The notes under the pieces: generated by a model
Told to the model about the DNA's origin: nothing
The model's input: only the letters and a program-made list of their open reading frames with translations
The model's database searches: none
NCBI GenBank assembly: GCA_049323895.1
Contig: JBMOKT010000013.1
Span: 402,266-466,265, forward strand
Direction of reading: 5' to 3'
Source: Bacillota bacterium
GTDB lineage: Bacteria; Bacillota; Peptococcia; Peptococcales; BICA1-8
DNA length: 64,000 nucleotides
Translations under genes and position numbers: made by a program
Part shown: positions 8,691-18,981 of the stretch, piece after piece
How positions within the stretch are numbered: the first letter of the stretch is position 1
Layout: each line of letters opens with the position of its first letter

Positions 8691-8789
8691 TTTGTAGATT
8701 GGAATATATTTTTTCGTATCCTTTTAAGAATTATTAACCTTATTCTTTTTACTATAATTTGGAAAACTAACCTGACTTTGTACTTGGAC

Positions 8790-8818
8790 AAAAAAAACCG
8801 CGGTTATAAAAACGCGGT
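8790..8818 (-). terminator. intrinsic terminator downstream of the 51-aa ORF
   Basis: Minus strand ACCGCG-N10-CGCGGU followed by U7-8. Confidence 0.55.
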
Positions 8819-8847
8819 ATCTTTAACCTAATATATAATATTGCAAA

Positions 8848-9003
8848 TTATTCCACAGCATATTCTCCAATTGAATAAAACAGATCTTGTCTGTCGACCT
8901 CTTTAACTTTTATATAAGAAAGCGCATCTTCACAAGAAAGAAAAACTTTTTCTACCATCTTAATAAAATTAGTATCTTGCGCTATGACAATAAATACCTT
9001 CAT
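8848..9003 (-). CDS. small hypothetical protein (51 aa)
   Basis: Below the ORF-track size cut-off. Own translation: MKVFIVIAQDTNFIKMVEKVFLSCEDALSYIKVKEVDRQDLFYSIGEYAVE. AAAGGAGTGG RBS 5-6 nt upstream. Bracketed by two terminators. Confidence 0.3.
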   Translation of the reverse strand: MKVFIVIAQDTNFIKMVEKVFLSCEDALSYIKVKEVDRQDLFYSIGEYAVE

Positions 9004-9100
9004 TTTCCCACTCCTTTATAATTTCGAATCTTATCTACTATTATAGAATATTCTAATAATTTTTTGGACAAGAAAATTTTTACAGTTCTTATAAAGTGTG

Positions 9101-9118
9101 ACCCCCCAGTCGGGGGGT
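9101..9118 (-). terminator. GC-rich hairpin ending the Wood-Ljungdahl operon
   Basis: Minus strand ACCCCCC-GACU-GGGGGGU immediately after the metF stop. The U-tract is poor (CACACUUUAUAAG). Confidence 0.45.
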
Positions 9119-9124
9119 AGGTAA

Positions 9125-10696
9125 TTACGCATTAGCTTTTTGATCTGGTTCCTGATTCTTAACTTGAGGTTTTGTTATTCCTAGACGCTTTGCTGAATGG
9201 TCAAGCCCCAAGAAGAAGTTATACCAAGAGGACGTTTGATATAAATTCCAATCTGCAGGTGGAATGCAATAATTTCCTAACTGCTCCTCTTCTCCATATT
9301 TCTTTAAGCGAGCATAGGCCCTTACCCAAACACATTGTTTTTCGTTAGGAAAAGCTTCACACCAGCCGTCATAACTGCCGCCACATGCACCGTTACGCTG
9401 ATTTTTGGGACATTGGGACATGGGGCAAAGGTAGGCAAGGTCAAGAAGTGCACAATCTCCGCAATCCTTACAATCATTGCTTATTACTTTTACTATATGT
9501 TCTATTCCATGGGCTCGGCTATCCTTACGACCCTTGTATATGCTTTGCATTAATGGGAAGAATGGTGTACCTGGTTCAAAAGCAAGCCCATGAGCCATGC
9601 GCATCATAGAGTATCCAAAATTTACAGGTGCATCTAAGGGGAGTCCTTTTCTGGTGACAGGTTTTTCTGTGTTTAACCCTGTAGCTTGGTCTTTTTCAAA
9701 ATAGTAGAACCCTTTCGGTTGAGGATAATCAAATTCAGGAATTAATTCTAGCCAATTTTTACTTAACTCTTCACCTTTTCCGATTATATACTCAACCTGC
9801 TCATATTTAATTCCATGCCCGCCGATATGAACTCCTGCAAAGCCCATTCCTTTCATAAATGCATACATTTTAGCAGCCCGCAATAGGCGTGCTCCTACAC
9901 CCTTGTCTTCGGCAGTACGCTCTTTGTCGATTTCAGCTAATAATTTATCGGGTACAACACAACCGGGGATCTGATTTGCATTCATTACCTTGGCGGCACC
10001 AAAGGGAAGAATATAAATATTGCCTACCACAGGAATATCAATATTATTTATCTTTAAGAATTGCAATACTTCGTGGAACTTACGGGCATCATAGCCTAGC
10101 TGAGTTACAATAAACTGTGCTCCACCCTGTATTTTCTTCTTTAGCTTATAATATTGGATCATTAACTCAGCCTCTTTTCCTTTAAAGGGAGAGACTGCAG
10201 CACCTGCAAAGAAACTACTCTTTTGGTGATAGGATGGTCCTTTAGGACCTTGTACTTCTAGTCCATTGTTCATTTCTCCGATTAATTCCAGAGCATGGAC
10301 AGGGTCTAAATCAAAAACAGGTTTGGGTCTGCCTTGATACCCTGTGACAGGATAGTCACCAGTCATAACTAGTAAATTGCGTACCCCTGCTCGATCCAGA
10401 CTATATAGCTGACTTTCCATTTGGTTACGGTTTTTGTCTTTACATGTAAAATGTACTAACGGCTCAATACCCAGCTTAAGTATTTCCATACCTAAATAAT
10501 CCGCAAGTATTGCCGGGTTTCCACCGGGATTATCAGTAATTGTTATTGCATGGACTTTACCGCCTTTGGCAGCTGCCTCAGCTGCAGCAAGGGCACTTTC
10601 CTGGGCTTTTTCCCTAGCCCCTCTGCCCGGTACAACCTCCCAGGTTACCGACATGGTGTTTTTATCCAGCAATGATTCTTTGAATCTGTTTTCCAC
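9125..10696 (-). CDS. metF: methylenetetrahydrofolate reductase, MetF domain fused to a Cys-rich MTHFR C-terminal (MetV-like) domain
   Basis: 523-aa ORF with GTG start and AAGGGGAG RBS. N-terminal MTHFR-like TIM barrel (..HFTCKD.., ..LLVMTGDYP..). C-terminal CKDCGDC...CPMSQCPKNQRNGACGG. Confidence 0.8.
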   Translation of the reverse strand: MENRFKESLLDKNTMSVTWEVVPGRGAREKAQESALAAAEAAAKGGKVHAITITDNPGGNPAILADYLGMEILKLGIEPLVHFTCKDKNRNQMESQLYSLDRAGVRNLLVMTGDYPVTGYQGRPKPVFDLDPVHALELIGEMNNGLEVQGPKGPSYHQKSSFFAGAAVSPFKGKEAELMIQYYKLKKKIQGGAQFIVTQLGYDARKFHEVLQFLKINNIDIPVVGNIYILPFGAAKVMNANQIPGCVVPDKLLAEIDKERTAEDKGVGARLLRAAKMYAFMKGMGFAGVHIGGHGIKYEQVEYIIGKGEELSKNWLELIPEFDYPQPKGFYYFEKDQATGLNTEKPVTRKGLPLDAPVNFGYSMMRMAHGLAFEPGTPFFPLMQSIYKGRKDSRAHGIEHIVKVISNDCKDCGDCALLDLAYLCPMSQCPKNQRNGACGGSYDGWCEAFPNEKQCVWVRAYARLKKYGEEEQLGNYCIPPADWNLYQTSSWYNFFLGLDHSAKRLGITKPQVKNQEPDQKANA

Positions 10697-10814
10697 GCCA
10701 ATCTCCCCTTATCCAGGTTAAGGGGGTAAAGCACAATTTACCTTACCCCTTAATCGTTATTTTAAGGAACTATAACACAACCAATTATGAATAGGAACAA
10801 GCTGTTCAAAGAAA

Positions 10815-11686
<872 letters not shown>

Positions 11687-11695
11687 TTGATATTT

Positions 11696-12667
11696 TTAGT
11701 ACTGATTGTTTTCCATTAATTCAGCAATATTCTTTTGTACTAGTTGTACCGCTTGCGGATGGCGCATTAAGAGGATATCTGCTCCTGCCTGAATGAGGGC
11801 AGCTGCAGTCATTGCTTCCCAAAGCGGTCCACGGAAAGCCTGTTCGCCCCAACCTTCAAACTGCTCACCTTCCGAATACGATTCTTTGGCACGCCATGCT
11901 TCATAACCTACTGTACAGATCATAGGCATAGAAAGCATTTTATCACCCTGCAGCGCACCCATGCGTACCCGTTCCATAATTGAATATGCATACTCTATAC
12001 CGTACCCTAAGCCGCCTATCATGGGGTCAATCACTATACGGTCTAGAGGCAGTCCCATTTCATTAACTAAGATGTTCAACTGTTTACAAATATTAATGTC
12101 AAGGGGCGAAAGGGCTATTAAGGTGTGCTTATGAACCATGCAGGCTGCAGCAATAGATTTATAGTTTTCTTGTTCTGCACTTCCTATCATTAGATTCTCT
12201 CCGGCACACTCTTCAGCTACCTTAGCAAGCACTTCGTTGTCTTTTTCTTCGTTTCCGCAGCCGGTAACTATCAGGGGAACGCTTACTGCTTGTAAAATTG
12301 ATTTAACTGTTGCAGCACACTCTTCAGGGGACTTGTTTGCTCCATCAGGATCTGCTCCGCTTAAAACAACATAAATCACATCAGCTTTATATTCATCCAC
12401 ACATTTTTTCGCCCAGGCCTGTGGGTCATTATATACATCCTTAAATAATTCCTTTAAAGGCGCAGGCCAATTTGGTTCCACATCAGTAACTTCCATAGCT
12501 ACTATCGGCTTGTTGGGCACATCCCCTTCAAAATGAAGGTAAGGAAGGGTAGTCTGCCCACCTACCTTTAAGACATGGCTGCGGGTACCGCCTTGTTCAG
12601 CCGTAGCACCCAAGACTACTTCATTTACTTTGGAGGTATATCGTTCCTTTACAACTTGAAAAGCCAT
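11696..12667 (-). CDS. acsD: corrinoid iron-sulfur protein small (delta) subunit
   Basis: 323-aa ORF. Operon context between acsF and acsE. TIM-barrel CFeSP small-subunit-like sequence. Confidence 0.85.
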   Translation of the reverse strand: MAFQVVKERYTSKVNEVVLGATAEQGGTRSHVLKVGGQTTLPYLHFEGDVPNKPIVAMEVTDVEPNWPAPLKELFKDVYNDPQAWAKKCVDEYKADVIYVVLSGADPDGANKSPEECAATVKSILQAVSVPLIVTGCGNEEKDNEVLAKVAEECAGENLMIGSAEQENYKSIAAACMVHKHTLIALSPLDINICKQLNILVNEMGLPLDRIVIDPMIGGLGYGIEYAYSIMERVRMGALQGDKMLSMPMICTVGYEAWRAKESYSEGEQFEGWGEQAFRGPLWEAMTAAALIQAGADILLMRHPQAVQLVQKNIAELMENNQY

Positions 12668-12682
12668 ATTAACACTCCTCTC

Positions 12683-13435
12683 CTAGATACCTGTTTTAAT
12701 AAGAATATCTTTTACCGCGTTTACGGCGGCATTTTCCTCAGGTAATTTAAACAATGCCTTTCCTTCTTCATCGTATGCCGCAATTGAATCGTCATATGGT
12801 ATATCACCAATTAAATCCATACCGGTAGCGGCAATTTCCGATTCTAAATGTTTCAATGAGTCTACTTTTGTTTTGGTAACAACCAGAAGTTCTTTTTTAA
12901 CAGCGGAACCTAAGCTTTCCACTAATTCATGAACCCTTCCTGCTGAACGAACACCCCTGGCTGATGCATCGCTTATGACAAACAACCAGTCAATTTGTGG
13001 AATGGTTCTGCGGCTTATATGCTCTAAGCCTGCTTCAGTATCCACTACCACATAGTCATAACCGCTGCTTAAACGCTCCAGGTATTTGCGAAGCAAATCA
13101 TTCGGATAGCAATAACAGCCAGGTCCCTGGGGACCACCCATAACTAACAGGTCAACATTTTTTGTTTCAACCAGAGACTGTTGAAGCTTATATTCTATAA
13201 ATACTTCTTTACTCATACCTTCCGGTATACTTTTAGGATCCTTTGTCTGGGCTAAGAGTTCACTGATAGTTGTTTTTACTTCCATACCAAGTGCTTCATT
13301 AAGATTAGCATTGGGGTCAGCATCAACAGCTAAAACTGAGCCTTTATTATTCTGGATCAGGTATTTGACCACTAAAGAAGTGAAAGTCGTTTTACCCGTC
13401 CCACCTTTTCCAGCAACAGCAATATATTTTGGCAT
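12683..13435 (-). CDS. acsF: CooC-family Ni-insertion ATPase (AcsF-type)
   Basis: 250-aa ORF. P-loop AVAGKGGTGKTT, CxC motif (GPGCYCYP). Confidence 0.85.
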   Translation of the reverse strand: MPKYIAVAGKGGTGKTTFTSLVVKYLIQNNKGSVLAVDADPNANLNEALGMEVKTTISELLAQTKDPKSIPEGMSKEVFIEYKLQQSLVETKNVDLLVMGGPQGPGCYCYPNDLLRKYLERLSSGYDYVVVDTEAGLEHISRRTIPQIDWLFVISDASARGVRSAGRVHELVESLGSAVKKELLVVTKTKVDSLKHLESEIAATGMDLIGDIPYDDSIAAYDEEGKALFKLPEENAAVNAVKDILIKTGI

Positions 13436-13442
13436 AGATAAA

Positions 13443-15332
13443 TCACTCCTTTTTTTCTATCAATGATGGAAACAGGTTCAGGTCTGTATGGGGGATAAAA
13501 GTAGCTGAAACAAATTCTTCCATAAAAGTATTGCCTACAGAAAGCTCCAAATAGGTCAACATTTTGCTTATTTCTAAAGACTGCTGATAAGCTTCTTTGG
13601 CAAGCAGCACTGTTTGTGCACCTTTCACCGATGTATTGCCTACAAATTGATATTTGTTTCTTTCCAAGTCTGGCAAAAGACCTATTCTGATGGAATCTTC
13701 CAGGTTTAGATAGTTACCAAAACCTCCTGCTATGAGAACTTTATCAATTGCCGACATCTCTAAGGAAACTAGTTCTAACATAGAACGTATTCCCGCAAAA
13801 ACAGCACCCTTAGCACGCAACAGATTTTTTATATCACTTTCCGTAATAACAATGTCTTTATGGACCCCCGTCTCCTGTGCCCAAACCAAAACAAATTCGG
13901 GTCCGTCTGCACCTTGGCGCAGTCTGTCAGTTGGGATATCCATTTGGAACTTACCTGTACGATCTATTACTCCGGAAAAATGGAGTTTGCTTAGACAGTC
14001 AATTAATCCGGAACCGCATATTCCAACCGCCTTATCATTATCTATGGTTTCATAAGCTACTTCAAAACTGCCATCAATTTGTATCCGTTCTATTGCACCC
14101 CTCATGGCACGCATTCCAAAGGTAATGCCTCCGCCTTCAAATGCGGGACCTGCAGAACAAGCACAACTTACCAACCATTCCTTATTGCCCAGAACCATTT
14201 CACCATTTGTTCCGATATCAATAAATAATACCAGTTCATTTGATTTGTCTATTTTTACTGCAAGAGCACCTGCAACAATATCGCCCCCTACATAACTTGC
14301 CACTGAGGGGATGTTAACAAGCAATCCCTCTCCGTAAAGGGGCAAGCCTAAATCTTTTATTTTTACGGGAGGATATTGTGCAGCAGCGGGTATATATGGT
14401 TCCAGTCTAATATATTTGGGATCCAGTGCCAGCAATAGGTGGGTCATTGTGGTATTGCCTGCACACACCACTACTTTAACCGAATCTCTTTTAATATGGG
14501 GTGAATCCTTTAGTATTTCTTCTGTCAACTCATTGACTGAGTTTAAAACTGCCTGCTGGAGTTCCTGCAAGCCACCCTCCTCTTCATCTGCGTGGATCAT
14601 ACGGGAAATAACATCATCTCCGTATTTTGCCTGCTTATTGTAAGTGCCTCTTTTATCTATTAATTTTCCGCTTATAAGATCAAGCAGAAAAACTACTACA
14701 GTTGTTGTTCCTATATCTATTGCAAGACCATAAAGGGGTTTATCATTATTACCAGGCAGAATATCTATGATTTCCCCACAACCTTCCAAGTGGGCAACAT
14801 CAACTATAATGTTCCAATTCCCGTCACGCAAAGCAGGAGCAAGCTTTCTTAATATTGGCAGTGATATTTTAATGTCGCCGCAGGAAACCTGCTTTTTCAG
14901 TTCCACTAAAAGGCGGTTCAAATCCGAACTATTTTCCATCAGTGTTGGTTCAGGGACACTAATTTTATATCTCCTGACAAGGGGGTTGAAATTAAAGCCC
15001 GCCAGTACCTCCAGTTCTTTCTCCGCCAACAGATTTTCCTGTTGGATTAAAACCTTATGTTTATCAAGTTTTGACTCTTGTGGAATTTCCACTTCAATAT
15101 CCGATAATACTACTGCCTGGCAGGCAGGCAGCAAACCGGTTTTGTGCAATATTTTATCGTCTTTGAGCAGATAATCCCCTTTCAACACCCGCACTAAACA
15201 TTTGCCGCATGTACCCCTGCCGCCGCAGGTCGCCTTTAAGGGCAGACCTGCCTTGTTGGCAGCCTGTAATATTGTGTTCTGAGCTTCTATTTCTACAAAA
15301 AGATTGTCTGGTTGAAAAAGGACTTTAAACAT
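13443..15332 (-). CDS. corrinoid activation/regeneration protein (RACo/AcsV-type: [2Fe-2S] ferredoxin + ASKHA ATPase)
   Basis: 629-aa ORF. N-terminal CGGRGTCGKC plant-type ferredoxin motif and a long ASKHA-like body. Located between acsC and acsF. Confidence 0.85.
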   Translation of the reverse strand: MFKVLFQPDNLFVEIEAQNTILQAANKAGLPLKATCGGRGTCGKCLVRVLKGDYLLKDDKILHKTGLLPACQAVVLSDIEVEIPQESKLDKHKVLIQQENLLAEKELEVLAGFNFNPLVRRYKISVPEPTLMENSSDLNRLLVELKKQVSCGDIKISLPILRKLAPALRDGNWNIIVDVAHLEGCGEIIDILPGNNDKPLYGLAIDIGTTTVVVFLLDLISGKLIDKRGTYNKQAKYGDDVISRMIHADEEEGGLQELQQAVLNSVNELTEEILKDSPHIKRDSVKVVVCAGNTTMTHLLLALDPKYIRLEPYIPAAAQYPPVKIKDLGLPLYGEGLLVNIPSVASYVGGDIVAGALAVKIDKSNELVLFIDIGTNGEMVLGNKEWLVSCACSAGPAFEGGGITFGMRAMRGAIERIQIDGSFEVAYETIDNDKAVGICGSGLIDCLSKLHFSGVIDRTGKFQMDIPTDRLRQGADGPEFVLVWAQETGVHKDIVITESDIKNLLRAKGAVFAGIRSMLELVSLEMSAIDKVLIAGGFGNYLNLEDSIRIGLLPDLERNKYQFVGNTSVKGAQTVLLAKEAYQQSLEISKMLTYLELSVGNTFMEEFVSATFIPHTDLNLFPSLIEKKE

Positions 15333-15345
15333 GTGTCTTCAACTC

Positions 15346-16683
15346 CTATGCTCCATAGCGTCCTTTTGCAAATGCAGGAATTGCGGCTGCTTCCCGTGGA
15401 CCTACTATTACCTTCCAACCTGATTTTTCCTCAAGTTTTCCGCTTAGTACTGCAACATAGCCAGGAAGAATCACTTCACGGTGATTTACCTTTTCAGCAA
15501 TACCTATAGTATTTATAACTTCTGCAATCTTTTCGGCAGAGAATTTTCCTGCTGCCCAGGCTGTCAATACAGAAGTTCCGTCGGTGTCTACTGGAATAAT
15601 ATAGGCAGGTACTTTACTGCCTTCAACTTCACCTTCGACACTGAAATATGTTAATGAGAAGTTAGTAGTTAGATATACAGGTGAATCAGCAGTTACATTT
15701 CCTACTTCATAGATTTTTGCTTCAACCTGAATGGGTTTCTGAGGATCTGTATAAAGATTTTGTCTCCATGTTAATAATGGAAGCACAAAATGTTTAGCAG
15801 TAGTTTTGAGAACGACCATACTAGCATACTTAGAAATATAAACCTGTGCCTGCATTATTTCTTCCATCGGATCCGCAGCAGTTGCAAAAGCTACTGTTGG
15901 ATAGCCAAATGGGCGGTATTTCTTTTTAATTGCAGCCCTTCGCATTTCAGTTAGGTCAGCTAGGACTTGTGAAGTGCCTCTGGCACCGCTGTCAATAACT
16001 AAGTCTTTATGACCTAAAGCAGTTATTTTTTCTACCAAGTCCGAAAGCTTAAAAATATCGTCTCCTTTGACTCCTAGTGGAACATTATACTTTTTGGCAA
16101 GTTCAGTCATCTCATTAAAGTTGCCTTCAGTTGCCCCATAAAGAAGAGGGTTTTTACCCTTGCAAACTTCGAGGGCTTGACCTGCCGCGTCTGCATTCTC
16201 GGTCATTAAAACAAGAGCCAGTTTAGTACCGGCTGCCACTTTTTCCACTGCCTGCTTGAACTGCGTAGCATCACCAGTTTGCTTAACAGCAACCATATCT
16301 ACATCATAATGGAGTCCGACACGGTCAAACTCTAAAGCATTTATGTCAGCCAGCTTCTGGTTAAGTTCTGTTTCACTAAGGCTGTCCTCAACCTCAAAAG
16401 CAATTCCTGTCGGGTGGAAGAAAGTTTTATCATGGCGGAACAGTACTGTTTCGTCACCAAGCTCAACAACCTTTTCTACTGCACCGATTTTCACCAGTTT
16501 AATTGGTGGAGCTGAGGCGGATCCTAAAGCCTCTTTTGCATCGTCACTTACATAAGGACATGTTTCAAGACTGGCTTTTCCAGCTGCCAGACTCATTGCA
16601 AAAGCCAAACAGGTAGGAGGTCCGCATTCACCACAGTTTTTTTTGGGAAGAAGTTTATAAATCTCAAGACCTGTCAATGCCAT
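15346..16683 (-). CDS. acsC: corrinoid iron-sulfur protein large (gamma) subunit
   Basis: 445-aa ORF. N-terminal [4Fe-4S] motif KKNCGECGPPTCLAFAM. Confidence 0.9.
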   Translation of the reverse strand: MALTGLEIYKLLPKKNCGECGPPTCLAFAMSLAAGKASLETCPYVSDDAKEALGSASAPPIKLVKIGAVEKVVELGDETVLFRHDKTFFHPTGIAFEVEDSLSETELNQKLADINALEFDRVGLHYDVDMVAVKQTGDATQFKQAVEKVAAGTKLALVLMTENADAAGQALEVCKGKNPLLYGATEGNFNEMTELAKKYNVPLGVKGDDIFKLSDLVEKITALGHKDLVIDSGARGTSQVLADLTEMRRAAIKKKYRPFGYPTVAFATAADPMEEIMQAQVYISKYASMVVLKTTAKHFVLPLLTWRQNLYTDPQKPIQVEAKIYEVGNVTADSPVYLTTNFSLTYFSVEGEVEGSKVPAYIIPVDTDGTSVLTAWAAGKFSAEKIAEVINTIGIAEKVNHREVILPGYVAVLSGKLEEKSGWKVIVGPREAAAIPAFAKGRYGA

Positions 16684-16780
16684 TTTTTACCAAACTCCTT
16701 TCTAGTGTAGAGGGATGCTCCCAGCTTTAATATGCAATACGAGGAACATCCCCAATATTATATTTAATGTAATATCTTTT

Positions 16781-18964
16781 TTAGAAAATTGGATCCATTG
16801 TTAAGGCTGGGTGCCCTTTTTCTTCAAGGTACGGCATGATTTCGTCAACAGTACTGCCAACAGTCTCATCGGCAATCTTGTCAATAAAATCTTCACCTAA
16901 GCCTTCTTCCACGCTGCGGGCTACAAAGTCATCCCGTAAGAACTCCTTAAGTTCTTTTGGCATCCAAATAATACGTGCCATACCGCCATCGGCAGGAATA
17001 AACTTTTGACTTACCAGATATAAGCGACCAATACCCATAAATCCAGGAGTCTGTACACCACCGCCTACCATACCGGCCAATGTTGAGAAGGACATTCCCA
17101 CTGGAGTCATTCCACTGTGTTCTCGGGTGGTAATCATAATACCATTAAGTTCCGGTACTAAGGCCATAATAGCCTCAAAACAACCACAGGAAGTCATGGG
17201 CCTATCCATCATAGTGTACAGGTTTACTTCCTCCAAGCTGCGGTTTGAAGCCTGATAGTAATAGTCGTTTACACTCTTCCACATGCCCCTGTACTCATCA
17301 ATTGCCTCACCCTTGGCTATTGGCTGGTTAGGACCTGTAGGATTAATTTCAAAGGAAGCCCTGGAATCAAGCCAGCTTACTGCTCCACACAAACCTACCC
17401 GTTGTGGTGTAACAATACATACATGGTTGGGTGCAAAGGATTGACATAACAGACAAGAATAGAAGGTATCTACTGCTTCATCTGTTAAGCCCCGTAAACG
17501 TGCATCCCTGGCAGCATATTTCTCCCGAGCTACCTTAATCATTTCATCAACTTTGGCTTGGTCAGTATAAATAGTAACCTGTACCCGGTCCACAATAGCA
17601 GGGAATTCACTCTTATATTTAGCTATTAAAAGTTCACCGAAATGCTTCAGCTTAAAGCCTTTGCCAACCGCTTCCTTACTGACCCGCAGCCAGGCAAGGT
17701 CACGCTGTGCAACGTGCCATAAGCCTTCACCATAGTTAACAAAGTAGTGGACACGGCGTTCCAGTACGCCTTCAAAATCTTCCTGCATCTTTCTGCCGTA
17801 AATGTCTACTACTAAACCGAAAGGCAAACGGTCCCCTTCGTTAATATCATCAATGTCAGGCCCAATGACCTCTATTTTGCCATCTTCAATTTGATCGGAC
17901 TCAACCATGCGTACTAACTCAAAGGCAGTAGTTTTGCCTCCACCCATCTCCAGATAGGTGTCATTCTTACGGATAGTTTCACCTTCGAAGGCAGGTCCAT
18001 GATTTATTGGAATGTCAATATCAATATTAGTAAGTTTGATGCCTCTTATCTCAAGGGCTAACTGAATAATTTTATCGTAGTCCGGCTCTGATACAAACCA
18101 GTCTTTAATTTGCTCATCGTCAGCCAGGGGCTGGTCGGTGATTGTTGGGAAGCCAAGGAACATACAGCCCATTTCCGCCGCTGTTTTGACTGTATCCCTT
18201 TCCCCTAAATGGAGAACAAAGGCCAAAACTCTCCGTCTTTGGTAATCCCTATGCTCTTCTCGCAAACCAGGTGCAATACCTCCAAAGGCCATACTTGCCC
18301 GTAATGCATAGTTGGCTGCATGGACTACCTGAGTAAAGTTGCCCAAAGGGAAAGCAATATAGTCAATACCTAGTTTGACATTTTCCTCTAGTAATTGTTC
18401 GATAATTTCATCAGACAGGAATAGCATCATACCCTTACCCATCAGGTCATCTACTAGTTTCCGGGCAGCTTTAGAATCTTTTGCACGTCCTAAAATTACC
18501 GCAACACCAGGAATAGTCCAGTCAACCATTTTTATACCATATTTACGGACAACAGGGTCACCTAAGAATCCTGTCCAAGGAGCCACATGGGGATTGGGAT
18601 TTTTAACATATCTTAAGGCCTCTATAATCTCAGCGGCATAAAGAGTAGCTTCACCAGCCAGAAGAACGTTTTCTAAAGTCAACTTGGATTTTAACTGACC
18701 TCTCATCCTATTTAAGATGGGTTGAAGGTCACCTAATGTTTTGACCTCTTCGCCACTTAATGAACGAATTACCGGTAGGTAATAGGCAGTGTCAGGATAT
18801 TCCACGGGATGACCGGCGCCATATTTCTTAATAGCCTTGCTTAAAAGTATTTCTGCATAGCTGGTAGCGGTTATCGCCCCTTCATAAGCATGCTTAAATA
18901 GTTTTCTTGGTTCTTTACCAGGCTCAATTATACCTTCATAAATTTGATCAAAATTTATTGTCAT
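16781..18964 (-). CDS. acsB: acetyl-CoA synthase (CODH/ACS alpha subunit)
   Basis: ORF track 16781..19048. I start at ATG 18964 (MTINFDQ...) behind GAGGAGGAGGG, 17 nt after the acsA stop. A-cluster motif CGCFE is present. Confidence 0.95.
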   Translation of the reverse strand: MTINFDQIYEGIIEPGKEPRKLFKHAYEGAITATSYAEILLSKAIKKYGAGHPVEYPDTAYYLPVIRSLSGEEVKTLGDLQPILNRMRGQLKSKLTLENVLLAGEATLYAAEIIEALRYVKNPNPHVAPWTGFLGDPVVRKYGIKMVDWTIPGVAVILGRAKDSKAARKLVDDLMGKGMMLFLSDEIIEQLLEENVKLGIDYIAFPLGNFTQVVHAANYALRASMAFGGIAPGLREEHRDYQRRRVLAFVLHLGERDTVKTAAEMGCMFLGFPTITDQPLADDEQIKDWFVSEPDYDKIIQLALEIRGIKLTNIDIDIPINHGPAFEGETIRKNDTYLEMGGGKTTAFELVRMVESDQIEDGKIEVIGPDIDDINEGDRLPFGLVVDIYGRKMQEDFEGVLERRVHYFVNYGEGLWHVAQRDLAWLRVSKEAVGKGFKLKHFGELLIAKYKSEFPAIVDRVQVTIYTDQAKVDEMIKVAREKYAARDARLRGLTDEAVDTFYSCLLCQSFAPNHVCIVTPQRVGLCGAVSWLDSRASFEINPTGPNQPIAKGEAIDEYRGMWKSVNDYYYQASNRSLEEVNLYTMMDRPMTSCGCFEAIMALVPELNGIMITTREHSGMTPVGMSFSTLAGMVGGGVQTPGFMGIGRLYLVSQKFIPADGGMARIIWMPKELKEFLRDDFVARSVEEGLGEDFIDKIADETVGSTVDEIMPYLEEKGHPALTMDPIF

Positions 18965-18981
18965 TTTTATCCCTCCTCCTC

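Noticed and set aside
8512-8697. 61-aa plus-strand ORF from the track (MKKTVIYQ...)
   Set aside because: It is exactly antisense to the GEMM-I aptamer and terminator and to the promoter of the Spo0E-like gene. It has no RBS and a low-complexity sequence, so the non-coding interpretation explains the region better.
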